A stretch of DNA of 49,166 nt, taken from the NCBI GenBank assembly GCA_964345825.1, contig CAYFSI010000004.1, positions 1-49,166 of the forward strand. The letters run 5' to 3'. Numbering within the stretch: position 1 is the stretch's first letter; the number at the start of each line of letters is the position of its first letter. The notes beneath the pieces are model-generated. The model ran no database searches, was not told the origin of the DNA, and saw nothing but the letters and a program-made list of their open reading frames with translations. Shown here in pieces: positions 36,440-44,728 of this stretch. This DNA comes from an uncultured Staphylococcaceae bacterium. Lineage in GTDB: Bacteria > Bacillota_I > Bacilli_A > RFN20 > CAG-826. The translations under genes were made by a program, and so were the position numbers.

Positions 36440-37133
36440 AGAAGTATTAAGAAAATTCTTAGAAACACGTTGTGTGTCTTGCACAGATTTTCAGGCTAAT
36501 GAGCTTGAAGAATTAATGAATTCAACATTAAAAACCAATGAAGATTTCAATTTGACCGCTATTACTGACCCATCTGTATTTATGGAAAAAATGGTACTCG
36601 ATAGTGCGCTTGGTCTTTTCGACATCGATTTGAGTGGGAAAAAGGTCATCGACATCGGAACTGGGGCCGGTTATCCGGGTCTCGTTCTTTACATATTGAA
36701 CCCCCATATGAAGCTAACTCTTCTTGATTCGACAAAGAAAAAAATCAACTATCTTAAGAACTATGCCATTAACAAAAAATGGGATGTTGATTGTGTCTCC
36801 GAACGAATTGAAGAATATGGAAGAAATCATCGCGGAGAATTTGATTTCGTTTATGCTCGAGCAGTCGCTTCATTAAATATTCTTTTAGAATTGGCGATTC
36901 CACTTCTAAAACAGGGTGGAAAGCTTGTTGCTATGAAAGGCCCTGATTGGGAAAAAGAGTATTTTGAAGCCAAATCAGCGTTAAAGAAAATGAATTGCCA
37001 TATGTCAAAAGTCTATGAAGAAACTCTTCCTGAATCCAAAGAACAAAGGGCAATTGTCATCATTGAAAAAGATCAAGATTCGTCGTCAAAATACCCCCGA
37101 GACTTTGCCGAGATTAAGAAAAAACCCTTATAG
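36432..37133 (+). CDS. rsmG: 16S rRNA (guanine527-N7)-methyltransferase RsmG (GidB)
   Basis: 233 aa. SAM motif DIGTGAGYPGL. Overlaps mnmG by 8 nt, the classical gidA-gidB order. Confidence 0.9.
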   Translation: MNKEVLRKFLETRCVSCTDFQANELEELMNSTLKTNEDFNLTAITDPSVFMEKMVLDSALGLFDIDLSGKKVIDIGTGAGYPGLVLYILNPHMKLTLLDSTKKKINYLKNYAINKKWDVDCVSERIEEYGRNHRGEFDFVYARAVASLNILLELAIPLLKQGGKLVAMKGPDWEKEYFEAKSALKKMNCHMSKVYEETLPESKEQRAIVIIEKDQDSSSKYPRDFAEIKKKPL

Positions 37134-37174
37134 GGCATATCTTCCTTTACTTTATTAATAAGATAGATATATAA

Positions 37175-37190
37175 TGTTCCACGAGGAACA
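37175..37190. promoter_or_regulatory. parS-like palindrome TGTTCCACGAGGAACA
   Basis: Matches the Bacillota parS consensus TGTTCCACGTGAAACA at 14 of 16 positions, with perfect 6-bp inverted arms TGTTCC/GGAACA. It lies 5 nt upstream of the soj start and just after a TATAAT. Confidence 0.65.
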
Positions 37191-37194
37191 CACC

Positions 37195-37962
37195 ATGACA
37201 AAAATTATTGCTATTGCCAATCAAAAAGGCGGAGTTGGCAAAACCACAACCGCCATTAATCTTTCATCTGCCCTTGCTCATTTTACAAGGAGAGTGCTCC
37301 TTATTGATATGGATCCTCAGGGCAATTCATCTCGAGGTCTTGGCATCGATATAACTTTGATAAGTAAGTGTGTTTACGAAGTTCTTACTGGTGATTCCGA
37401 TGTTAACTCTGTAATCAGAAAGACAATGCTGAAATCCCTTGACTTGCTTCCTTCAAAGTTAATTTTAGCTTCTGTTGACGTAGTAGCCAACAAAACTGAA
37501 AAACCCTTTTTTCTCTTACGAAGAGCAATTGAACAAATTAAAAAGGAATATGACTACATTATTATTGATTGTCCTCCAAGCTTGGGATTTTTGACTGTCA
37601 ATTCTCTTGTTGCTGCTCACTCAGTTCTAATTCCGGTTCAATGTGAATATTTTGCCATGGAAGCGGTCGCACAAATTTTGTCGAGTGTGTCGCGAATTCA
37701 AACAACCTATAATCCAAATCTTGGTATAGAAGGATTTTTAATGACAATGTATGATTCCAAAACAAGATTAGGGACAGAAATTACTACGCAAATTAGAGGG
37801 TTATTCAAGGAAAATACTTTTTTAACTCAAATTCCAAGAAATATCTCAATTCCAGAGAGCAACGCGAAGGGACTTCCAGTTACCGTTTACAAACCAAACA
37901 GCAGTGGTTCTTTGGCGTACTTTTCATTAGCCAAGGAAGTAATCGATCATGAAGAAAGATAA
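37195..37962 (+). CDS. soj: ParA/Soj chromosome-partitioning ATPase
   Basis: 255 aa from the ATG at 37195 (MTKIIAIANQKGGVGKTTT, deviant Walker A). The upstream in-frame ATG at 37174 overlaps the parS-like site. Confidence 0.9.
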   Translation: MTKIIAIANQKGGVGKTTTAINLSSALAHFTRRVLLIDMDPQGNSSRGLGIDITLISKCVYEVLTGDSDVNSVIRKTMLKSLDLLPSKLILASVDVVANKTEKPFFLLRRAIEQIKKEYDYIIIDCPPSLGFLTVNSLVAAHSVLIPVQCEYFAMEAVAQILSSVSRIQTTYNPNLGIEGFLMTMYDSKTRLGTEITTQIRGLFKENTFLTQIPRNISIPESNAKGLPVTVYKPNSSGSLAYFSLAKEVIDHEER

Positions 37963-38791
37963 CAATTCCAAAATTCTTCGTTCCTCGCTCTCCACCTTAA
38001 TGAAGCGCTTTTCGAGCACCGATATCATTTCTTCTTTGGAAAAAGAATATTCAAGTTCTACACCTGGATATATTCGTGTTGGATTGATTGATGACAACAC
38101 AATACTCAAAAAAGCTAGAATTAATGAACAAAAACTTGAAAACATCATCAACCAAGTGAGAGAAAAAGGTATAACCTCCCCCTTACTAGTTATAGAAAAA
38201 GATGGTCGATACGAAATCCTCTATCCACGTATTTACTATATCGCCGCTCTTAAATTGAAACTTGAAACAATTCCATGCAGCATTGTTAAAATCGCCGAAG
38301 AAGATATGCTTGTCTTTTTAGCTAAGCGTTTAGAGGAAGACAAAAATAGTAATATTGTTGAAATGTCTCTTGTTTTAAATCGCTTACAGAAAAGTTATCG
38401 CTTTACTCAGAAAGAAATAGCCGAGATGATGCAACAATCAAGATCTCAAATCACAAACATTATGAGGCTTATTAAAATGCCTGATTTTGTTCTTCGGGAT
38501 ATTTCGAATAATGTTCTTTCCTTTGGTCACGCAAGAGCGCTGTCTACTCTCTCTAATGAGAATATCAAAAAGACATTGTCAATTATTTATCATGATAACC
38601 TATCTGTTAGGGAAGTAGAACGTTTAGTCTATTCAATGAAAAAGTCCCCTTCTTTATTAGAAGAAGAAAGGAAAATGAAAACATTATTAAACTGCCAAGT
38701 AAGTATCAGTCCAAAAACAATTTCGCTCCGTTTCAAAACCGAAGAGGAACGTGAAAAATTTATTCACTCTCTAGTTCGGGATAATGTATAA
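37949..38791 (+). CDS. parB: ParB/Spo0J-like protein with degenerate N-terminal arginine patch
   Basis: 280 aa. Overlaps soj by 14 nt. HTH and downstream region are conserved (FTQKEIAEMMQQSRSQITNIMRLIKMP, SFGHARAL). The GERRxRA box reads YPRIYYIAA. Confidence 0.75.
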   Translation: MKKDNNSKILRSSLSTLMKRFSSTDIISSLEKEYSSSTPGYIRVGLIDDNTILKKARINEQKLENIINQVREKGITSPLLVIEKDGRYEILYPRIYYIAALKLKLETIPCSIVKIAEEDMLVFLAKRLEEDKNSNIVEMSLVLNRLQKSYRFTQKEIAEMMQQSRSQITNIMRLIKMPDFVLRDISNNVLSFGHARALSTLSNENIKKTLSIIYHDNLSVREVERLVYSMKKSPSLLEEERKMKTLLNCQVSISPKTISLRFKTEEEREKFIHSLVRDNV

Positions 38792-38794
38792 TAG

Positions 38795-38905
38795 TTATCA
38801 CTTCAGGGCAACGATAAACGTGACCGGCGGTAAACCCCGCGAGCTGAAAAGCAGGAACTTGTGAGATTCAAGTGGCGACAGTAAAGTCTGGATAGAAGAA
38901 GTTTT
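38795..38905 (+). promoter_or_regulatory. FMN riboswitch (RFN element)
   Basis: Conserved RFN strings: CTTCAGGGCA, GACCGGCGGT, CCCGCGAGC, GGCGACAGTAAAGTCTGGATAGAAGAAG. Located directly upstream of a RibU-type gene. Confidence 0.88.
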
Positions 38906-38934
38906 TTGGCTCTGGAACAAGGAGCCTTTTATTT

Positions 38935-39642
38935 ATGTCTGATTTGGATTTATGGAGAATAGTCATAGCTTCAGCTGGCTTAATAGCAATCTTAATTTTT
39001 GTTTTGCTTCGTGGTTCAGAATCAAAATTTAAAGGCATAAACACTAAAATTCTTGCAAGAAGTGGCGTTTTTGCAGCGATTTCCATCATTTTATATATTA
39101 TTCCATTCTTTAATTTCAATATTCCTTTTTTTCCGCCGTTTCTTAATATTCATTTTGATGAAGTGCCAGCTTTGATTGCTGGATTCGCATATGGGCCATG
39201 GTCGGCAACGCTTGTTATCGTTGCGAAGACTATTGTTAAATTGCCAATGACTTCCACACTTGGAGTTGGAGAATTATCGGATTTAATTATCTCTTTGGCC
39301 TTTGTCATCCCAGCCTCAATTTTTTACCGTAGGAAAAGAAAAGTCAGTTCTGCCATTATTGGCTTAACAATTGGAACTGTATGCCAACTTGTCGTCGCCT
39401 CATTTTTCACAACATTTGTCATTTTGGACTTTTATATTTTTGTCATGGGATGGAGCGAAGAGATGCTTCTTAGCCTCGTGCAATTGGCTAACCCCGCGGT
39501 TACTTCCTTACGATGGCCATACTTCTGGCTTGTTGCTATTCCGTTCAATCTCATTAAAGATATTGGGGTGGTACTTCTGACTTTCCTTTTATATAAGAGA
39601 ATGCACATCTTAATAGACAAAATTGGAGCACAAAAAAACTAG
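38935..39642 (+). CDS. ribU: ECF transporter S component for riboflavin (RibU)
   Basis: 235 aa with about six TM helices. S-component motif HFDEVPALIAGFAYGPW. Preceded by the FMN riboswitch. Confidence 0.8.
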   Translation: MSDLDLWRIVIASAGLIAILIFVLLRGSESKFKGINTKILARSGVFAAISIILYIIPFFNFNIPFFPPFLNIHFDEVPALIAGFAYGPWSATLVIVAKTIVKLPMTSTLGVGELSDLIISLAFVIPASIFYRRKRKVSSAIIGLTIGTVCQLVVASFFTTFVILDFYIFVMGWSEEMLLSLVQLANPAVTSLRWPYFWLVAIPFNLIKDIGVVLLTFLLYKRMHILIDKIGAQKN

Positions 39643-39664
39643 GCAGTGAAGCCTAGCTTTTTTA
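39639..39664. terminator. Bidirectional terminator between ribU and the ferredoxin gene
   Basis: Stem CTAGGC pairs with GCCTAG (includes the ribU stop codon). It has A7 upstream and T6 downstream. Confidence 0.6.
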
Positions 39665-39670
39665 TATCAG

Positions 39671-39850
39671 TTATTCCTCAACGGAAATTGCACCAACAGG
39701 GCAGACGCCAACTGCATCTTCATCCGCGACGCCGTTGATGGTTTCTGCTAGACCATCATCATTCATTTTAATATCGTCGGGATAGGTGCCTGCGCAACAG
39801 CCACAACCGATGCATAAGCTTTTATCGATTTTAATCTTCTTTTTGTCCAT
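39671..39850 (-). CDS. Small ferredoxin (59 aa), not present in the supplied ORF track
   Basis: Minus-strand translation: MDKKKIKIDKSLCIGCGCCAGTYPDDIKMNDDGLAETINGVADEDAVGVCPVGAISVEE. Has a CxxCxxC...CP motif. RBS AGGAGG lies 7 nt upstream of the ATG. Confidence 0.8.
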   Translation of the reverse strand: MDKKKIKIDKSLCIGCGCCAGTYPDDIKMNDDGLAETINGVADEDAVGVCPVGAISVEE

Positions 39851-40034
39851 CGATATGTCCTCCTAATTGTATAGGAAGATTATAAAAACAAAATCGTTAT
39901 TTTGCAACTATTAGACCTTTCTTTTTTACCTTTGCTTTTTTACATCGAGCATTTTTTGTCGAAAAAGAACAAAAATATTAAAAAGGGTCTATAAATTATC
40001 GTTTTATTTTAGTAAACTAAAAGGCATAAGGTTT

Positions 40035-40334
40035 ATGGAAGAAACGAGAGTTGTAAAATACAAGAAATATCGCCAGTCATTAACAAAAGACAATTCTCCT
40101 GTTTTAGAAACCACAAAATCAAACAAGAAAAAAGATAGCATCGAAAAAGCTTTAAACACCACTTCGACTCTCCCCATCGATCAAGTAATTGACACTATTG
40201 AAGAGGATAGGAAACAAGTGGCTTTTTTAAAGAAGAGAACAAGAAAAAAGATTTTGACCATCTTGTTAATTTCTTTTGGTGCCTTGCTTATAGTTGCGGG
40301 GTTAGTGTGGTTCGCCATTGTGGCGTTCCGTTAA
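40035..40334 (+). CDS. Small C-terminally membrane-anchored basic protein, unknown function
   Basis: 99 aa. Charged N-terminal two-thirds, then a single TM helix ILTILLISFGALLIVAGLVWFAIVAF. Weak RBS. Confidence 0.5.
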   Translation: MEETRVVKYKKYRQSLTKDNSPVLETTKSNKKKDSIEKALNTTSTLPIDQVIDTIEEDRKQVAFLKKRTRKKILTILLISFGALLIVAGLVWFAIVAFR

Positions 40335-40345
40335 AGGGGGATAAT

Positions 40346-41026
40346 ATGATAAAAATAGCTGTAGCGATTGACGGTCCAGCCGCCGCTGGAAAATCGACAG
40401 TAGCCAAAAAAGTTGCTGAGATTAAAGGGTTTACTTACATTGATACTGGTGCGATGTACCGAGCTTTTACTTGGTATTGCCTTGAAAAAGGGATTGACTG
40501 CCAAGATGAAAAGGCCTGCGTTAGTTTAATTTCCGAAATTCATATTGAACTTAAACCCAACCATATCGTCCTTTGCAACGGACAAGATGTTTCAAGAGAA
40601 ATTCGCGAACCTCGCGTTTCTTCTCAAGTTTCCTATATCGCTTCTTATAAGGATATAAGACTAGCATTAGTTGATTCGCAAAGAAAAATGGCTGAAAAAG
40701 ATTCCGTTATTATGGATGGAAGAGACATCGGAACATATGTTTTGCCAAATGCGGAAGTCAAAATTTTCCAAATTGCTAGCGTTGAAACAAGAGCAGTCCG
40801 ACGTTATGAAGAAAACCTTGGTAAAGGTATTAAATGTACTTTGGAAGAAATTGATGCTGATGTTCGTAAAAGAGATTATATTGACTCTCATAGAGAGTTT
40901 GCCCCTTTAAAGGCCGCTCCCGATGCAGTATTGTTAGATACCTCTTATATGACTGTCGATGAAGTCGTTCAAAATGTGCTTGATATCATCGATGAAAAGA
41001 TGAAGGAGAAAGAAAGCCATGCTTAA
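40346..41026 (+). CDS. cmk: Cytidylate kinase
   Basis: 226 aa from the ATG at 40346 (RBS GGGGGA). P-loop IAIDGPAAAGKST, DTGAMYR and MDGRDIGT motifs. Confidence 0.93.
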   Translation: MIKIAVAIDGPAAAGKSTVAKKVAEIKGFTYIDTGAMYRAFTWYCLEKGIDCQDEKACVSLISEIHIELKPNHIVLCNGQDVSREIREPRVSSQVSYIASYKDIRLALVDSQRKMAEKDSVIMDGRDIGTYVLPNAEVKIFQIASVETRAVRRYEENLGKGIKCTLEEIDADVRKRDYIDSHREFAPLKAAPDAVLLDTSYMTVDEVVQNVLDIIDEKMKEKESHA

Positions 41027-42326
41027 TGGCATCGTTGCGATTGTTGGCTCACCCAATGTTGGTAAATCAACAATTTTTAATCGTATCATTGGCGAAAGAC
41101 ACGCCATCGTTGATGACGAAGCCGGTATCACTCGCGATCGCCTCTATGGAAAATGTGAGTGGTTAGGCCATTCTTTTTCTGTCATCGATACTGGTGGCAT
41201 TGAAGTCGAAAATCGTCCTTTTCAAGAACAAATTCGTATACAAACTCAAATTGCTATTGATGAGGCTGATGTTATTGTGTTTGTCACTGACAGTCATCTC
41301 GGCCTTACCTCTGATGATCGCCTAGTAGCAAAAATGCTTTATAAAGTGAAAAAACCAGTTATCCTTGTCGTCAACAAAATCGATGAAGGAATTCATATTT
41401 CCGACACCCAAGAATTTTATGCTCTTGGTCTTGGAGAACCCATTGCGGTCAGTGGCTCACATGGTATTGGAATTGGCGATCTTTTGCAAAAAATTGTCAA
41501 CTTATTACCCGAGAAACAATATGAAATTCAGGCTGACCAAGTCACTTTTTGTCTTGTTGGTCGTCCAAATGTTGGAAAATCTTCTATTATCAACTGCCTA
41601 TTAAATGAGGAGAGAGTAATTGTCAGCGATATTTCTGGAACCACAAGGGATTCGATTGATACACCTTTTTCTAAAGATGATAAAAACTATATCGTCATCG
41701 ACACAGCCGGACTAAAAAAACGCGGGAAAATCTATGAAGCAATCGATAAATATTCCGCTATTCGTGCATTAAAAGCAATCGAGAGAAGCGAAATTGTGCT
41801 TCTCGTTGTCGATGGACATCAGGGGATTATTGATCAAGATAAGCACGTTATCGAATATGCAACCGAACTACACAAAGCTATCATTATTGTTGTCAATAAG
41901 TGGGATATTGTCGATAAAGAGACAAATACCATGAGTGAGTTTACAAAGACAATTCGCAATGAATATAAATTCCTTGATTATGCGCCAATTTGTTTTGTTT
42001 CTGCCCTAAAAAAGCAAAGAATTGAAACCATCTTTAAAGCACTAGATTTAGTACACCAAGCCTATTACACTAGGGTTAAAACAAGCATTTTAAATGATGT
42101 TATTCAGGATGCGCAACTGATGAACCAAACCCCCAACTTTAATGGTGGCAGATTAAAAATCTATTACGCCTCTCAAGTTTCTGCTGCTCCACCAACATTT
42201 GTGCTATTTGTCAATAATACAAACTTCATGCATTTTAGTTATCAGAGATATATTGAGAATCGTTTACGTGATACTTTTTCATTTGAAGGTACCCCAATTA
42301 ACATTTTGCTGAGAAACAAAAAGTAG
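41019..42326 (+). CDS. der: Ribosome-biogenesis GTPase Der (EngA)
   Basis: 435 aa. Two GTPase domains (GSPNVGKST/DTGG/NKID and GRPNVGKSS/DTAG/NKWD) plus a KH-like C-terminus. Confidence 0.95.
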   Translation: MLNGIVAIVGSPNVGKSTIFNRIIGERHAIVDDEAGITRDRLYGKCEWLGHSFSVIDTGGIEVENRPFQEQIRIQTQIAIDEADVIVFVTDSHLGLTSDDRLVAKMLYKVKKPVILVVNKIDEGIHISDTQEFYALGLGEPIAVSGSHGIGIGDLLQKIVNLLPEKQYEIQADQVTFCLVGRPNVGKSSIINCLLNEERVIVSDISGTTRDSIDTPFSKDDKNYIVIDTAGLKKRGKIYEAIDKYSAIRALKAIERSEIVLLVVDGHQGIIDQDKHVIEYATELHKAIIIVVNKWDIVDKETNTMSEFTKTIRNEYKFLDYAPICFVSALKKQRIETIFKALDLVHQAYYTRVKTSILNDVIQDAQLMNQTPNFNGGRLKIYYASQVSAAPPTFVLFVNNTNFMHFSYQRYIENRLRDTFSFEGTPINILLRNKK

Positions 42327-42396
42327 GTCCTTGAGCGTACTTTTTGTTTATTTTTACTTAGTTGTGTTAAAATAAAATCCTAGAGGAGATAATTAT

Positions 42397-42681
42397 ATGA
42401 AGAAACTCAACAAACGCGACCTAGTTGAAATCGTTGCCGAGAAAGCACACCTTTCTAAAAAAGATGCTCAAGCGGCAATCGACATTTCTTTCAAGCTGGT
42501 AGAAAAAGCCGTACTAAAAGGGGAAGAGGTCAATATCTCTAACTTTGGTGTTTTTTCCCCAAAAACCCGTAAAAGTAGAGAGGGAACCCATCCCAAGAAA
42601 CACAGCCGTATTTTGATAGCAGAATCCAAGACCGTAGTGTTCCGCCCCTCGAAGAGTTTAAAAGCAAAACTTAACAAATAA
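42397..42681 (+). CDS. hup: HU-family nucleoid-associated DNA-binding protein
   Basis: 94 aa. HU fold pattern LSKKDAQAAID...GEEVNISNFGVF...R.GTHPK...I...VVFRPSKSLK. RBS GGAGA. Confidence 0.88.
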   Translation: MKKLNKRDLVEIVAEKAHLSKKDAQAAIDISFKLVEKAVLKGEEVNISNFGVFSPKTRKSREGTHPKKHSRILIAESKTVVFRPSKSLKAKLNK

Positions 42682-42702
42682 GATAAGTTTTTTCGAAAGA
42701 AT

Positions 42703-42728
42703 GAGACAACTCGTTGTCTCTTTTTTTC
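42703..42728 (+). terminator. Intrinsic terminator after hup
   Basis: Stem GAGACAA pairs with TTGTCTC, loop CTCG, then T7. It lies inside the 5' extension of the ORF-track model 42701. Confidence 0.8.
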
Positions 42729-42748
42729 TGCCTTCTTATAATAAATGT

Positions 42749-43438
42749 ATGAACAATCAACTTTTTTCTTTTCAAAGACTTCATGAAGTTTTCGCTCATC
42801 ATGGCTTTACCCTCTATATTGTGGGCGGGACAGTCAGAGACTTTTTGTTATCGATACCTCTTTCAGATTTAGATGTCGTTACTGATGCCACGCCGGAAGA
42901 AATGAAAACTTTTCTTGGATCTTATGACAGCGATTTTACCTTCGCTAAATATGGTTCGATAAAGATTATGTTTGAAGGTTATTTTTTTGATGTGACCACA
43001 CTTCGAAAAGAGAAAAAATATAAAGACGCTCGTCACCCCACAAAAATTGTTTTTGTAAAATCGCTGAAAAAGGATTTCATTCGTCGCGATTTCACTATTA
43101 ATGCCATGTATATGGATGACCACTTTCGTGTCATTGATTATTGCCAAGGTGTAAAAGACATCAATGCTGGAATAATTAGAACAATCGGAAGACCTTCCTC
43201 ACGTATTAAAGAAGACCCTCTTAGAATCATTAGAGCGTTGCGGTTCGCTATTGATTTTGATTTTGTCATTGAAAAACATTTAGATTATGCCATTAGACGC
43301 CACGTCAATTTGCTTTCTAAGATTAATCAGAGCAAAATTAAACAAGACTTGCTCAAAATCAAAAGTGATAAAAAGAAAAGAATTGAAAAACTTTTTAAGG
43401 AATATGATATTCATCATTTGCTAGATATGATAGAGTAA
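42749..43438 (+). CDS. Class II tRNA nucleotidyltransferase (CCA-adding/poly(A) polymerase family), head and neck only (229 aa)
   Basis: The ATG at 42749 lies downstream of the hup terminator. Motif A is GGTVRDFLLSIPLSDLDVVTD, motif B is RRDFTINAM, motif D is EDPLRIIRALRFA. The protein ends about 55 aa later and dnaD begins 17 nt after the stop. Confidence 0.75.
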   Translation: MNNQLFSFQRLHEVFAHHGFTLYIVGGTVRDFLLSIPLSDLDVVTDATPEEMKTFLGSYDSDFTFAKYGSIKIMFEGYFFDVTTLRKEKKYKDARHPTKIVFVKSLKKDFIRRDFTINAMYMDDHFRVIDYCQGVKDINAGIIRTIGRPSSRIKEDPLRIIRALRFAIDFDFVIEKHLDYAIRRHVNLLSKINQSKIKQDLLKIKSDKKKRIEKLFKEYDIHHLLDMIE

Positions 43439-43454
43439 ATGCGCAAAAAGAAAT

Positions 43455-44105
43455 ATGGTATCTGAAGCTATTGATTTCCGTTTTCTCCTATTGGAGAACT
43501 ATAAAAAATTAAAAATCAACGAAAAAGAGTTGGTGACTCTTTTCATGATTGATCACTTCATTAGCTTAGGAAATCCATTTGTTACCGCCGACCTACTCTC
43601 ATTAAAAATGTCTCTCGATGTCAAAGAAATTGATAAAACTCTTGTTTCTTTGTTGACGAGAGGGCTTATTGAATATATTGCGCAAGGGAAAAAGACAATC
43701 ACGACTCTCAATCCGTTGAAAGCCAAACTATATCGTGAATTCCAAATCTCTTTGACTAAAGAAGATGAAGTAAAAGCATCAAAAGAAGTGGAAACAGAAC
43801 TCAACAATATTTTTCAAGAGTTTAGTAAAATGTTAGGCCGCTCTCTTGCCCCTGTTGAAATCTCAAAAATCCGTGAATGGGTTTCATATGGTTATTCAGA
43901 TGAACTTATTATCAATGCTCTCAAGGAAGCTTTGAGCAAAGGCAAAAAGTCTCTCCGTTCAGTTGACAAAATTCTCTTAATTTGGTCTTCCCGAGATGAT
44001 CGAGAAAATGAAGGCGTCTCCTTAAAAAGTGAAGAGTGGAATAAGTCTCTCGAAGAGACAATTCGAATTGCCAAGACTCCTTGGATTGATAAAAACGATG
44101 ACTAA
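43455..44105 (+). CDS. dnaD: DnaD-domain replication initiation/membrane attachment protein
   Basis: 216 aa. C-terminal DnaD-domain pattern EISKIREWVSYGYSDELIINALKEALSKGKKSLRSVDKILLIW. The dnaD-nth order matches Bacillus. Confidence 0.8.
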   Translation: MVSEAIDFRFLLLENYKKLKINEKELVTLFMIDHFISLGNPFVTADLLSLKMSLDVKEIDKTLVSLLTRGLIEYIAQGKKTITTLNPLKAKLYREFQISLTKEDEVKASKEVETELNNIFQEFSKMLGRSLAPVEISKIREWVSYGYSDELIINALKEALSKGKKSLRSVDKILLIWSSRDDRENEGVSLKSEEWNKSLEETIRIAKTPWIDKNDD

Positions 44106-44721
44106 AAAGCAATACCGTCTGTTAGAAGACTATCTTGATAGTCTTTTTCCTAATGCTGGTTGTGAACTTATTCACGACAAAGATTACGAATTTGTCATTG
44201 AGGTAATGCTGTCCGCCCAATCCACTGATATTGCGGTTAACCTTGTTTCAAATAAACTATTTAAAAAATACCCCACCCTTATATCCTTAACTCAAGCAGA
44301 TGTATCTGAAGTTGAAAAAATACTTTATCCACTCGGACTTTTCAAAAATAAAGCTAAAAACGTTATCGGAATTGCTCAAAAACTTGTCGAACACTTCAAC
44401 GGAGAGATTCCATCGGACAAAGAATTACTGCAAGAATTACCAGGAGTTGGAAACAAAACCGCCGGAGTCATTCGAGCTGAGGTATTCCATATTCCTGATT
44501 TGCCTGTCGATACTCATATACTGAGAATATGCCGTCGTCTCGGAATATCAAAAGTTTCAGATACCCCCCTTGTTGTTGAGAAGAAACTTAAAAAAGAAAT
44601 TAATCAATCGCGGTGGATATTAACTCATCATCAACTCATTCATTTTGGCCGTTATTTTTGCACAGCAAGAAAACCAAATTGTGGCAATTGCAAACTAAAT
44701 GTTTTTTGCACAATGAAATAA
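44098..44721 (+). CDS. nth: Endonuclease III
   Basis: 207 aa from the ATG at 44098 (8-nt overlap with dnaD). HhH-GPD motif LPGVGNKTAGVI, VDTHILR, and Fe-S loop CTARKPNCGNCKLNVFC. Confidence 0.92.
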   Translation: MTKKQYRLLEDYLDSLFPNAGCELIHDKDYEFVIEVMLSAQSTDIAVNLVSNKLFKKYPTLISLTQADVSEVEKILYPLGLFKNKAKNVIGIAQKLVEHFNGEIPSDKELLQELPGVGNKTAGVIRAEVFHIPDLPVDTHILRICRRLGISKVSDTPLVVEKKLKKEINQSRWILTHHQLIHFGRYFCTARKPNCGNCKLNVFCTMK

Positions 44722-44728
44722 ACAAAAT

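Noticed and set aside
38868-39119. 83-aa minus-strand ORF across the FMN riboswitch and ribU start
   Set aside because: It overlaps a canonical riboswitch and the ribU coding region on the opposite strand. It has no RBS.
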